Shown here: positions 1-8,804 of the stretch, piece by piece | Numbering within the stretch: the stretch's first letter is position 1 | How the letters are laid out: the number at the start of each line of letters is the position of its first letter | Sequence record: DRR723986_9070 | Length of the DNA stretch: 38,968 nt | Strand: one strand, 5' to 3' | The notes under the pieces: generated by a model | What the model was told of the DNA's origin: nothing | The model's database searches: none | The model's input: only the letters and a program-made list of their open reading frames with translations | Position numbers and translations under genes: made by a program

Positions 1-30
1 CAACATCCCAATGATCTGTTCTTCGCTAAA
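1..30 (-). pseudogene. IS3-family OrfA N-terminal fragment running off the window edge
   Basis: Reverse complement translates to FSEEQIIGML, matching the (R)F(S/T)EEQII.IL N-terminus of IS3/IS407-group OrfA. The expected start codons upstream are missing. Only 10 codons are visible. Confidence 0.45.
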
Positions 31-147
31 CTGGGAGCCGGTTTTGACACATGCGGGGGTTAGGTCAGACGCGTAAATGTCACCAAACCAGCCAGTCGAA
101 CGGGTAACCTACAAAACTGGAATAGAAGTACACCATCTCACGATGGA

Positions 148-507
148 TCAGTTCGACGCGCTCAACGGACAGGCCTGTGAATGTAAAGTCTCCAAGAGCT
201 GTCTAAGCTCCAGAAGCTCGGCAATCTTTTGATCCACTTCCGACAATTTACCTTGCAGCAATTCAGCCATATTATCTGCAGGCAAGTCGCCTTGTGACAT
301 GGCGCTGGAAATCTCCGCCATGTCCTTGAGGGTAAAGCCAAGTCGTTGCCCTTGTTTTATTAAGCTCACAACGCGTTCCATGCTAGGGTCGAAGACGCGG
401 TATCCGTTGGCCATCCGTTCTGATTTTATGAGCCCACGTCTTTCATAAAGGCGCAATGTATCGACGCTTACATTCAACTGTTTCGCCAGCTTCCCAATTT
501 TCAACAT
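148..507 (-). CDS. MerR-family transcriptional regulator
   Basis: N-terminal MerR HTH (KIGKLAKQLNVSVDTLRLYERRGLI...NGYRVF), LGFTL motif, coiled-coil dimerisation helix, single C-terminal Cys (ACPL). Confidence 0.95.
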   Translation of the reverse strand: MLKIGKLAKQLNVSVDTLRLYERRGLIKSERMANGYRVFDPSMERVVSLIKQGQRLGFTLKDMAEISSAMSQGDLPADNMAELLQGKLSEVDQKIAELLELRQLLETLHSQACPLSASN

Positions 508-513
508 TACTGC

Positions 514-545
514 TTGACCCTAGACCAAAGTCCACAGTTTATACG
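514..545 (+). promoter_or_regulatory. MerR-type extended-spacer promoter with operator dyad
   Basis: TTGACC (514-519), 20-bp spacer, TATACG (540-545). Imperfect dyad ACCCTAGAC-CAAA-GTCCACAGT spans the spacer. The layout resembles ZntR/CueR-type promoters and lies between merR and the divergent gene. Confidence 0.8.
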
Positions 546-589
546 TGCCCTCGATCGCATTGAAAGGGTCATCTGTGTTTTGCAATGAA

Positions 590-1015
590 ATGAATCGAAA
601 AGTCTTTTTGACATCATCTTGGTATGATCTTTTTGTATCGGCACCCTTTGCGTTGCCGATAACGCTGGCGCTTGTTTGGGGCGGAGTTATGACCCCACTG
701 CACGTGCTACTTGGTTTGGAACCTCTTGAGCCGCTGGGACCGTATGCGACTCTATTTGGCAACTTCTTCGGGTCGGTTGTTACGATTTGGGCAATCGTGC
801 GCATCAAACTCGCGGATGTTCGACTAGCTCTGTATGATGGTATTGGACGCGGATTATTTTGCATTGCGATGTTGAATGCGATGATGATGGGGGCCAGCCC
901 ATTGCTATGGGCGTTTTTTATCCCTGAGCTGGCGTTTTGCGTTCTTCAACTAGCTGGTGCTTTCGTTCATCGTCGCCGATCGTCGCCGATCGTCGCCGAC
1001 CGTCGTCGCCCTTAG
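590..1015 (+). CDS. Small integral membrane protein (about 4 TM), probable MerR target
   Basis: Hydrophobic ORF with SSWYDLFVSAPFALP motif. The ORF-track GTG start at 545 overlaps the -10 box, so in-frame ATG 590 is preferred. Confidence 0.8.
   Translation: MNRKVFLTSSWYDLFVSAPFALPITLALVWGGVMTPLHVLLGLEPLEPLGPYATLFGNFFGSVVTIWAIVRIKLADVRLALYDGIGRGLFCIAMLNAMMMGASPLLWAFFIPELAFCVLQLAGAFVHRRRSSPIVADRRRP
969..998 (+). repeat. 10-bp tandem repeat (ATCGTCGCCG)x3
   Basis: Three exact units followed by a degenerate fourth (ACCGTCGTCG), inside the 3' end of the membrane-protein gene. Confidence 0.95.
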
Positions 1016-1020
1016 GCTGC

Positions 1021-1345
1021 TGTAATCCCTAAAAACGTCCTCGTTTTTGGTTAGAGTTTTTCGTTAGATTTTGCTGAGCTGGGGAGGAACGGAAAGGCAT
1101 GAAAGCATCAAAGTTCACGGACGCGCCGAAGGTATTCATCATCGAGCAGGCGAGGAAGGCACGACCGTTGTTGAGATTTGCCGATAGGCTGGGATCAGCC
1201 AGGCAACGTAATTCAATTGGAAGAAAAAATACTCCGGGATGCTGCCAACAGACATGAAGCGATTGCGCGAGTTAGAGGACGAGAATTCTCGGCTGAAAAG
1301 ATCGTGGCTGATTTGGCGTTGGACAAAGAAATGCTGCAAGACGTC
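1021..1345 (+). mobile_element. Degraded IS3-family (IS407-group-like) left end and orfA pseudogene
   Basis: Begins TGTAATCCC (TG terminus). From ATG 1099 it reads MKASKFTDAPKVFIIEQ/EEGTTVVEICR*AGISQAT*FNWKKKYSGMLPTDMKRLRELEDENSRLK/IVADLALDKEMLQDV, with two stops and two frameshifts. No orfB. Confidence 0.88.
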
Positions 1346-1459
1346 CTCACGGCAGCTTTTTCCGGAAATCACGGCTGGTTCTGGCGCAACCCGGCTCGTC
1401 AAGACGTGACACTGACGCTTTATGTCCGTGGCGAATATAGCGAAATGAAGCGTCGATAG
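1346..1459 (+). pseudogene. 3' remnant of a GNHGWFWRN-motif ('transmembrane anchor') protein gene
   Basis: Translates LTAAFSGNHGWFWRNPARQDVTLTLYVRGEYSEMKRR*. I recall this C-terminal motif from a hypothetical family often encoded beside HupE/UreJ genes. It is joined directly to the IS3 remnant. Confidence 0.6.
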
Positions 1460-1617
1460 TTCGGGCAGCGGCGCAACAGAGAAATTATGACATCACCGAG
1501 CAACTGTCGCAGTGGATACAAGTGTTTTCTGTTTAGTAGTATTCGCAGGAGCAAAAGGTTGCATTGTCCGCGTTTTAGACCTCTGGTTAGTCTATGGTTG
1601 ATAGTGTGTCAGAAGAG

Positions 1618-1640
1618 GATAATTACATAATAACCATTAT
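1618..1640. promoter_or_regulatory. Putative Zur box
   Basis: Core ATTACATAATAAC (1622-1634). The minus strand GTTATTATGTAAT matches 10/13 of the Zur core GTTATAATATAAC, about 180 bp upstream of a Zrg-like operon. Confidence 0.6.
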
Positions 1641-1817
1641 GAGATTTGTGTGGCTCACTGAGGCACATTCTATAATCCACCGTGGCGGTATTCATCCCTT
1701 GGCATTCGAGGGAAAGGCCGCCTAAATGAGTTGAGACACCGGAACTTTTGCGTGACACAACCACTAGTCGTGTTTTTTCGACCCGCACACTCGACACTCT
1801 GACAAAACGCTATAACT

Positions 1818-2513
1818 ATGACGCCGATGACACCTATTTTGCTCAATTCATTACAATATCGCTGGCCGGGTGATCCGAAGCTGATACTCGATATCAGTAA
1901 TTTTGAACTCCGTTCCAACGAGAAAGTCATGTTGCGCGGCCCCAGTGGTAGCGGTAAGTCGACGTTGCTCTCGGCGATTGCCGGGGTCATTGATGTTCCC
2001 AAGTCTTCAGTTCTCGTTGCTGGGGTTGATATTGGGGGCCTTTCAAACCGTGACCGTGACCGTTTTCGCGTCGATCACCTGGGAATACTTTTCCAAGTGT
2101 TCAATCTGTTGCCCTGGCTTAGCGCAATTGACAATGTTCTGCTGCCCTGCCGTTTTTCAGCCCGCCGGCGGGAAAACGTAAACCCCGATCCCAAAAAAAT
2201 AGCGATCCGGCTGTTGGGTGAATTGGGGCTGACTGACTCCAAAATGCTAAATGGCCCGGCCAGTGCGCTGAGCATTGGTCAGCAACAAAGGGTTGCGGCC
2301 GCCAGAGCTTTGATTGGGTCACCAGAAGTCATTTTAGCTGATGAACCCACATCAGCACTAGATGAAGAGGCAAAGGATGCGTTTGTCGAACTGCTGTTAA
2401 AGGAATGCAATCAGGCCGGATCAAGTCTGCTGTTCGTCAGTCATGACAGAACCCTTGAAAAGCATTTCGACCGAACGGTGGAATTGGGCGCCCTAAATGG
2501 CGGAGCAACCTGA
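1818..2513 (+). CDS. ABC transporter ATP-binding protein (LolD/MacB-type; ZrgB/PA4064-like)
   Basis: Walker A GPSGSGKS, signature LSIGQQQRV, Walker B ILADEPT, H-loop VSHD. Its TGA overlaps the next ATG. Confidence 0.95.
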   Translation: MTPMTPILLNSLQYRWPGDPKLILDISNFELRSNEKVMLRGPSGSGKSTLLSAIAGVIDVPKSSVLVAGVDIGGLSNRDRDRFRVDHLGILFQVFNLLPWLSAIDNVLLPCRFSARRRENVNPDPKKIAIRLLGELGLTDSKMLNGPASALSIGQQQRVAAARALIGSPEVILADEPTSALDEEAKDAFVELLLKECNQAGSSLLFVSHDRTLEKHFDRTVELGALNGGAT

Positions 2514-4036
2514 TGTTTGATCTCTGTCTGAAAAGCTTGCTTAACCGTCGGTTTGTCGCCGCTTTAACTGTTCTTAGCATTGCACTTAGCGTTGCGCTGA
2601 TCCTTGGTGTTGAACGATTGAGAACAGAGGCCCGCGCAGGCTTTGCAAACTCGGCTTCAGGCGTGGACCTGATCGTGGCCGCACGCGGCAATGATGTTCA
2701 AATTCTGATGGCGACCGTTTTTGGCGTTGGCTCGACGGGAACCGGCATCAGCTGGGAAAGCTACGAGATGGTCGAGGATATGCCCGGGATCGACTGGACG
2801 GTGCCGCTCATGATGGGCGACTCCCACCGCGGGTATCCGGTCATCGGCACCTCAGAAGCTTATTTTGAACGCTTTCGCCACAGTGGAGGCCAATCTTTAG
2901 CCTTTGCGAAAGGCGCGGTCTTTGACACGTCGATGGGCGCCGTGGTTGGGGCAGAAGTCGCGCAGGTTTTCGATTATGGGCCTGGTACTGAAATCGTGAA
3001 TGCGCACGGGTCCGGCGAGGTTTCATTCGACGTTCACGACGAAGCGCCGTTCACGATCAGTGGCGTCCTTGCACCAACTGGAACTGCCGTGGATCGCATG
3101 GTTTTTGTGTCTCTCGAAGGCTTTGATACTTTGCACCAGGATGCAAAGCCTGCAAACGCCGATCCCTTCTCGCAAGCTGGGGACACGCACGCGGACGAAG
3201 AGCAGACGCCGCACGAAGAACATGAAGAAGACGGTCACGAAACCAGCCACGACACAGAACACGAAACGCATGAAGATCACGTGGCTGAGGAAGACCACGA
3301 TGAACATGAAGACCATGCGGACGAGGATGCCCACCATGATCACGGGCACGATGCTGAACATGCGCAGGCTGCAGACGAAGGTCATGAAGATGAAATAGGC
3401 CACGGAGAACATGCCCACCCCGCGGACGAAGACAATCATGATGAACACGCGCATGACTCCCATGAGGGTCACGGGCATGAGCCCGGAACAATCAATGCGA
3501 TCTTTGCGGGACTCAAGAACAAGTCGGCTGTCCTTTCAGTGCAGCGTCAACTTGCAGAATATCGCGGTGATGCGCTGACTGCGGTCCTGCCCAATGTCGC
3601 GCTGCTCCAACTTTGGTCGATCACGGGCACAGCCGAAACTGCATTGCGTCTGATGGCCGGTGCGGTGGCGCTGGCGGGCGTGATCGGCATGGTGGTGATG
3701 TTGTCGGCAGCACTTGACGCGCGACGGCGCGAATTCGCCATTCTGCGCTCGGTTGGGGCGACACCCCGCAACATCTTTGCATTGATCCTTTTCGAGGCGG
3801 TGTTGCTGCTGCTAACGGGAGTTATCCTTGGCTATATCGTACTGACTGCAGTCACGATGGCAGCCAATCCTGTTCTCGCAGCCAATTTCGGGCTTCGGGT
3901 CAGCGTTGGATTGCCAACTGCTCGTGAAGTCCTTCTCATTGCATTTGTTTTCTGTTCTGGTCTGGTTGCTGGGGCTATTCCGGCATTGCGGGTTTATCGA
4001 ATGACTTTGGCCGACGGGCTGTCATTGCGACTTTGA
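2513..4036 (+). CDS. MacB/FtsX-type ABC permease (ZrgC/PA4065-like) with a large His/Asp/Glu-rich periplasmic insert
   Basis: N-terminal KSLLNRR plus TM, MGDSHRGYPVIGT, C-terminal RRREFAILRSVGA FtsX motif with 3 TMs. His-rich insert at aa 226-322. Confidence 0.93.
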   Translation: MFDLCLKSLLNRRFVAALTVLSIALSVALILGVERLRTEARAGFANSASGVDLIVAARGNDVQILMATVFGVGSTGTGISWESYEMVEDMPGIDWTVPLMMGDSHRGYPVIGTSEAYFERFRHSGGQSLAFAKGAVFDTSMGAVVGAEVAQVFDYGPGTEIVNAHGSGEVSFDVHDEAPFTISGVLAPTGTAVDRMVFVSLEGFDTLHQDAKPANADPFSQAGDTHADEEQTPHEEHEEDGHETSHDTEHETHEDHVAEEDHDEHEDHADEDAHHDHGHDAEHAQAADEGHEDEIGHGEHAHPADEDNHDEHAHDSHEGHGHEPGTINAIFAGLKNKSAVLSVQRQLAEYRGDALTAVLPNVALLQLWSITGTAETALRLMAGAVALAGVIGMVVMLSAALDARRREFAILRSVGATPRNIFALILFEAVLLLLTGVILGYIVLTAVTMAANPVLAANFGLRVSVGLPTAREVLLIAFVFCSGLVAGAIPALRVYRMTLADGLSLRL

Positions 4037-4042
4037 GGAGAG

Positions 4043-4705
4043 ATGGAAGCCATGAAGACATTGGTCATTGCTGTTACCGCTGCTCTTGCATTTGCTTTTG
4101 GGCCTCCTGCCTTCGCGTCGGAACCGCTTGAAATCACCTGGGTGGATTTACTGCCAGAAAAGCGCCCCTATCATGATCCTTTTGCCGAACTGGAATACAG
4201 CCAGATCAGCGATCTTGCCGAGCTGTACCGCACTGAGACTTTGAAAACCGCTGAAGGAAATGACTCCTCGAGAGCTCGGGCGCAGGAGATCCGGGAAAGG
4301 CTCGTGTCCCAAGGGCTGGACCCAGACCAGCTGTTCAAACAGCGTAAAATTGTCATGAATCAGCGTAAATTGGCCGCGACCGAGCCCAACCTTGATCTTG
4401 TTGGAAAAGTCGTGCGCCTGCCGGGATATCTGCTGCCTCTGGAAATGGTCGAACAGAGAGCCGTGGAATTTCTGCTCGTTCCGACGGTCGGCGCTTGTAT
4501 CCACACACCTCCCCCCCCTGCAAATCAGATGGTTTTTGTTCGCTATGACGACGGTTTTGACGTTGATGAGCTTTACAAGCCGGTTTGGATCAGCGGCGAG
4601 ATGCGTGCCCAAAGCCAGTCAAATGCGCTCCATCTGGTGGATGGGCAAGCCGACATTGAAACGACTTATTTCGTAAAAGCCATTTCAGTGGATATCTACG
4701 ATTAA
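4043..4705 (+). CDS. DUF3299 periplasmic protein (ZrgD/E, PA4066-like)
   Basis: Signal peptide, ITWVDLLP, RLPGYLLPLE, EFLLVPTVGACIHTPPPPANQMV. GAGGAG RBS. Alternative start at ATG 4052. Confidence 0.9.
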   Translation: MEAMKTLVIAVTAALAFAFGPPAFASEPLEITWVDLLPEKRPYHDPFAELEYSQISDLAELYRTETLKTAEGNDSSRARAQEIRERLVSQGLDPDQLFKQRKIVMNQRKLAATEPNLDLVGKVVRLPGYLLPLEMVEQRAVEFLLVPTVGACIHTPPPPANQMVFVRYDDGFDVDELYKPVWISGEMRAQSQSNALHLVDGQADIETTYFVKAISVDIYD

Positions 4706-4871
4706 GGATCGACCAAAACCCCGCTGACCAGCGGCGAAAGACCGCTGCGCAGGGTATGTCGAAAGCAGGATTTTGCCTCTTTTTGAACGGGCGGCGGGGC
4801 GAACCGCCACTTAAACCTGAAACAAGAAATATGGAGTTCAAATGCTCCCGGTCTTCACGCATAATTCTCTT

Positions 4872-5915
4872 ATGAACAAAATTACGGTTTCATTTCTATT
4901 GGCCGCTGGCCTGATCGGCCCGACATCTGCCATCTCCTGCGGGTTTCACAACTATGCCCCGCAGCCGACATTGGTTGATCGGTTGCTAGGAAGCGAAGAA
5001 ATCGTTCTTGCCCGTTCTGCGCCGCACAACCCTTTTCGGTTCGAGGCCATTGAGGCCTTGGAAGGTCACCTTGAATCGGCAGAGATCCCCTTCCTTGTTG
5101 ACAGCGTAACCCGCCGGCGCTTCGCGACGGATGCCAATACTGCAGTTCTTTTCGCACGGGACGGAGCCTATGGGCCCTGGCAGCGTCTTGCCCTTGTGGA
5201 TGCCACGATGGACCCTGTCCTGAGGGCCATTATGGAACAGATCCCCGCATGGGAAATCGGCAGCGAAATAGATCGGTTCCGCTATTTTGCGCCGCTTCTC
5301 AACCACCCGGATGATCGCATTCACAAGATGGCACTGCGCGAAATGGATCAGGCCGATTATAGCATTTTGCACAACCTTGATCTTAGGATTGAACCTTGGC
5401 GTTTGCTGGAGCGATTGAATGAACCGAACGAGTCTGAGTATAGGGCAATACGCATCCTGCTGCTTGGTCTGAGCAGCGACGCCCAATTGCGCGATCGGTT
5501 GGAACAGGGTGTCGAAACCAGCTTCAGATCCGAGGGCGTCCATCTGGGGGCCTACGCCACTGCGTTGATCGAACTTGTGGGCCCCGACGCTGTTGGGTTT
5601 CTTGCGGCCAACTACCTGACGAACCCAACTCATTCGCTGCTGTCGCGCGAATTGCTGATCGAAGCTGTCTCGCTTCATGGGGGCACTGACAACGCTGAGC
5701 TGGAAACGTCTATTTTACAGGCGATCAACAGCTCTCTCTGGCTTGACCCAAGACTTGCCGGAGCGGCGGCACGCCAATTCGGCGCGAGAGGGAACTGGTC
5801 GCTTGAGCCCGCGCTGAAAACTTTGCTTGAAGAAGGGACCGTGCTTGAGATGGCTGACAGGCAGGATGCATCTCAATACGTGGCGTTCGCGCAGGAAGCC
5901 GCAACGCAGCCATGA
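4872..5915 (+). CDS. Secreted hypothetical protein with an N-terminal CGFH motif and helical C-terminal region
   Basis: Long ORF. MNKITVSFLLAAGLIGPTSAIS resembles a signal peptide and is followed by CGFH. ATG 4872 is preferred over 4842, but the start is uncertain. Confidence 0.75.
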   Translation: MNKITVSFLLAAGLIGPTSAISCGFHNYAPQPTLVDRLLGSEEIVLARSAPHNPFRFEAIEALEGHLESAEIPFLVDSVTRRRFATDANTAVLFARDGAYGPWQRLALVDATMDPVLRAIMEQIPAWEIGSEIDRFRYFAPLLNHPDDRIHKMALREMDQADYSILHNLDLRIEPWRLLERLNEPNESEYRAIRILLLGLSSDAQLRDRLEQGVETSFRSEGVHLGAYATALIELVGPDAVGFLAANYLTNPTHSLLSRELLIEAVSLHGGTDNAELETSILQAINSSLWLDPRLAGAAARQFGARGNWSLEPALKTLLEEGTVLEMADRQDASQYVAFAQEAATQP

Positions 5916-6335
5916 AATCGAAAACACTTGCTCTTAGCCGGTAACGACGTGTGGCCAGAACGGTCTGAGAGCCATCTCAGATCAGGAAACCACTTTCCTG
6001 CACAAGGCCTGGGTGACGGAACTGACATTTCCGACAATTGCGTCCGCGAGATCTGCCCGGGAACACATCGGCTCGCCAGTTGACGGGGTCATAGCCGACC
6101 GCCCTCGCAACACCAAGTAGGCAGCGTTTAACTCGATAATGTAATTATTTGTTTTCAAAGGCATAGGTTAGTGTGCACCGAAAAGGTGTACCGCTGAACC
6201 CTTAGGGAACCAACCCAGGGATGGAACACCAATATTGAAAAATGCCAGGATCTATCGTGCTGAATTCCCGTCAAATTCTACCAAACGATGCACGCTCAAA
6301 ATTTTCTAACTACAGAGCTTTGGAATTGACGGATT

Positions 6336-6784
6336 TGGCCAATTGAGGTCGGGTCGGCTTGTCTGAATGGGAAGAGCGTCATGACGCACAATCGACTTAT
6401 CCATCCCCGCGCGAAGTATTTTGAAAACGATTGGCATGCTAAGAGTGAAGCGGTCCACAAGATTCCACGGCACGCGTTGGACAATGCCGATCCTGCTGAT
6501 GTCGTCGCGGCGTGGCTTCTGGAGATCGTTGGTCAAAGAATGCTTGTGTCCGATGCGCCCATCTTTGGCCAGAAATGGCTCGACCTTTTGTTGGGTCGAT
6601 CTGGGCCGAAATCGAGGACTTCGATAGCATTCTGTGGCAGGCATTCTCACGTCAAGAAGGGGTGATCGCGCCCGGCCGCCTACACGTTGCATACCGAAAC
6701 AGGATGAACAGGCCCGTTCTTCATCGTGCCGGCGACGATGCTGCCGGGCTTTGCTATGCTTGGCGCGCTGGGGTTGGGAAATAA
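6336..6784 (+). pseudogene. DEDDh 3'-5' exonuclease-like pseudogene
   Basis: One frame reads WPIEVG...RLIHP...SEAVHKI...LVSDAP.F...WLDLL. After a frameshift near 6605 it continues ...HRAGDDAAGL (ExoIII H-x-A-x-x-D-A). The ExoI D-x-E N-terminus is missing (in-frame TGA upstream). Confidence 0.7.
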
Positions 6785-6844
6785 ACTGGACCAAAACCAC
6801 ATCGTTCACAAATACCAAGCGTGATGAATTTTGTTGGTAATAGA

Positions 6845-6981
6845 GGGGCGGGAAGCGGTCCTTCGCTGCATTTACGAAGATCGCAACTCGAGCAGGTGAA
6901 AGCGGCCATTCATTCGGAAATGACTATGCTTCGATGCTGCGATCCGCTTCAAAGGTCAGCACAGCGCAGGTAGCTACCTTT
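6845..6981. repeat. Intergenic degenerate repeat cluster 1
   Basis: GAAGCGGTCCTTCGCTGC; GAAAGCGGCCATTCA (6898-6912); dyad AAGGTCAGC-ACA-GCGCAG-GTA-GCTACCTTT (6952-6981). Confidence 0.65.
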
Positions 6982-7142
6982 CCCAACTCGTCCAAACGGC
7001 CCGAACCGAACATAGGAGCAATGTTGAGACAAGCGCGTAGTATGACTTCAAAGGCGATTACGACCGAAAATTGCATTCAACACCTAGGCTCAAAAATGGC
7101 TGTTTGCCGCGATCTGGAATGACTTTAAGGCTGGCCGGAAAG

Positions 7143-8804
7143 TCAGCTGCCGATCGCTGCGCCGTCTCCTCGTGGGTCTGCACCGCCTTCCAAGAATCCA
7201 GTCTTGTAGTTTATTCTGATCGCTTGGGCATGACCAAGGTTATCGTTGAAGTCGTATTGTACTTTCACTGGCTGACCTCTGTGCAGAAGCTCTCGGGCGA
7301 CTTGTGCGCCGACACGGGCTTCGATGGACAAGTCACTTACCGACGTGCCCCATGTTCGCCCCATAAGCCAACGTGGAGATTCGATGGCTTGCTGCACGTC
7401 GTACCCAAAATCGACGATCCGGCTTACGATTGCCGCATGAGTTTGAGGCTGTCCCTCGCCCCCCATAGACCCATACACGAGATACGGTGCATCGCCCTTG
7501 AACAACATGGCGGGGATGAGCGTATGAAATGTCTTCTTCATTGGCTCAAGCCGGTTGACGTGAGTGTCGTCCAACGAGAAGAACGATCCCCGGTTCTGCA
7601 TTATGATGCCAGTATCTCCAGCGACAAATCCGCTGCCAAAGTCGTGATAGATCGATTCAATAATTGAAACAGCCAGCCCGTCACTGTCCACAGCACAAAA
7701 ATAGCAGGTATCGCCCGCTGCGCCTTCTGTCGCTGTCGTGGCATCGTGTTTGATCCCCGCAGAAACCTCTCCCATGACCGCGGCCTTTTCCGGGTCGATC
7801 AATGAGCGACGCTCGGCGGCATAGGTTTTGCTTAGAAGTTTCTCCAGTGGAATGTCGACATGATTGGGATCGCTCAACCATTCATTACGGTCAGCCAGAG
7901 CCAGCTTGGTCGCTTCGGCCATAAAGTGGAAGTAATCAGCCGTGTTATCGCCCCAAGATTTCACATCATAGCCTTCGATAATGTTCAAAAGCTGAAGGGC
8001 CGCAAACCCTTGTGTGTTTGGCGGGAATTCATAGGCCGTATAGCCGCGATAGTCGACTGAAATGGGGTCAACCCATTCGGCGTGATAACTGGCAAGATCT
8101 TCGGCCCGCAATGGTGACCCTGCAACGGCCAGCGCTTCACACATGACTTGGGCCGTTTCGCCTTCGTAAAACCCTTTGCGGGCGCCCTCTCGTGCTAGGC
8201 GCTCAAATGTATTGGCCAGATCCGGTAGGACCATACGGTCGCCGTCTTTGGGGGGCGCACCGTTGGGCAGAAAGGTCTGAGCAGACAGGGGATACTGCGT
8301 CAGGACAGGAACATCAGTATGCGACCAGTCGGAAAGAGAGCGGCTAACTGGAAACCCGTTTCGGGCATAGTGGATGGCATCTTCAAACAGCTCGGCCCAC
8401 TCTAGTTTCCCGTGCCTTTCATGCGCTTCTCGCCACCCGTCCACGGCACCTGGCACAGTAAGCGCCGCCAACGGACCACGAGCAGGGATAACGTCGGTAT
8501 GCCCACGCTCGCGGTAATAGTCGCGCGTCGCCAGCTTGGCAGCAGGGCCGCTGGCGTTCAGAGCCTGCACTCCGCCAACTGCCGGATCGTGGATCAACAT
8601 AAAACTGTCGCCACCTAAACCAGCCATGTGAGGATAGACGACACAAAGCACAGCATTTGCAGCGATTACGGCATCAACTGCACTTCCACCCTGGCGCAAG
8701 ATTCTTTCACCCGCACTCGATGCCAATACATGTGAAGTAGAAACCATTCCCCGTGTTCCGTAGGTCGGCGGGCGGCCAGTTCTGGGACCATTGGGGTGGC
8801 TCAT
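7143..8804 (-). CDS. Gamma-glutamyltransferase-family Ntn-hydrolase, cytoplasmic, HpxW/YwrD-like
   Basis: VVYPHMAGLGGD, TVPGAVDGW, PPNTQG, autocleavage site GD|TCYF, SIYHDFGSG, QNRG, FHTLIP, GSMGGEGQPQ, GADPRGDG. No signal peptide. Confidence 0.93.
   Translation of the reverse strand: MSHPNGPRTGRPPTYGTRGMVSTSHVLASSAGERILRQGGSAVDAVIAANAVLCVVYPHMAGLGGDSFMLIHDPAVGGVQALNASGPAAKLATRDYYRERGHTDVIPARGPLAALTVPGAVDGWREAHERHGKLEWAELFEDAIHYARNGFPVSRSLSDWSHTDVPVLTQYPLSAQTFLPNGAPPKDGDRMVLPDLANTFERLAREGARKGFYEGETAQVMCEALAVAGSPLRAEDLASYHAEWVDPISVDYRGYTAYEFPPNTQGFAALQLLNIIEGYDVKSWGDNTADYFHFMAEATKLALADRNEWLSDPNHVDIPLEKLLSKTYAAERRSLIDPEKAAVMGEVSAGIKHDATTATEGAAGDTCYFCAVDSDGLAVSIIESIYHDFGSGFVAGDTGIIMQNRGSFFSLDDTHVNRLEPMKKTFHTLIPAMLFKGDAPYLVYGSMGGEGQPQTHAAIVSRIVDFGYDVQQAIESPRWLMGRTWGTSVSDLSIEARVGAQVARELLHRGQPVKVQYDFNDNLGHAQAIRINYKTGFLEGGADPRGDGAAIGS

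Noticed and set aside
31-90. GGTTTTGACACA-containing stretch resembling an IS1182/IS5-type end
   Set aside because: Too short and no partner end or transposase is visible.
1639-1725. 28-codon ORF MRFVWLTEAHSIIHRGGIHPLAFEGKAA after the Zur-like box, as a possible leader peptide or zrgA remnant
   Set aside because: No RBS and no recognisable similarity. Three His in 28 aa is not convincing.
3000-3491. Overlapping ORFs 3000..3398 (+), 3023..3478 (-) and 3057..3491 (-)
   Set aside because: Alternate-frame shadows of the low-complexity His/Asp/Glu insert, whose codon bias suppresses stop codons.
4721-4760. CCGCTG-AC-CAGCGG hairpin and GAAAGACCGC as another member of the boundary repeat family
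   Set aside because: Only a partial box, without the 67-bp or 30-bp spacing.
5982-6300. 60-aa ORF and AT-rich tract (GATAATGTAATTATTTGTTTTC) as a second Zur box or res site
   Set aside because: Weak match and no intact downstream gene to regulate.
6306-6818. 170-aa minus-strand ORF
   Set aside because: Antisense to the exonuclease pseudogene, which carries the recognisable motifs.
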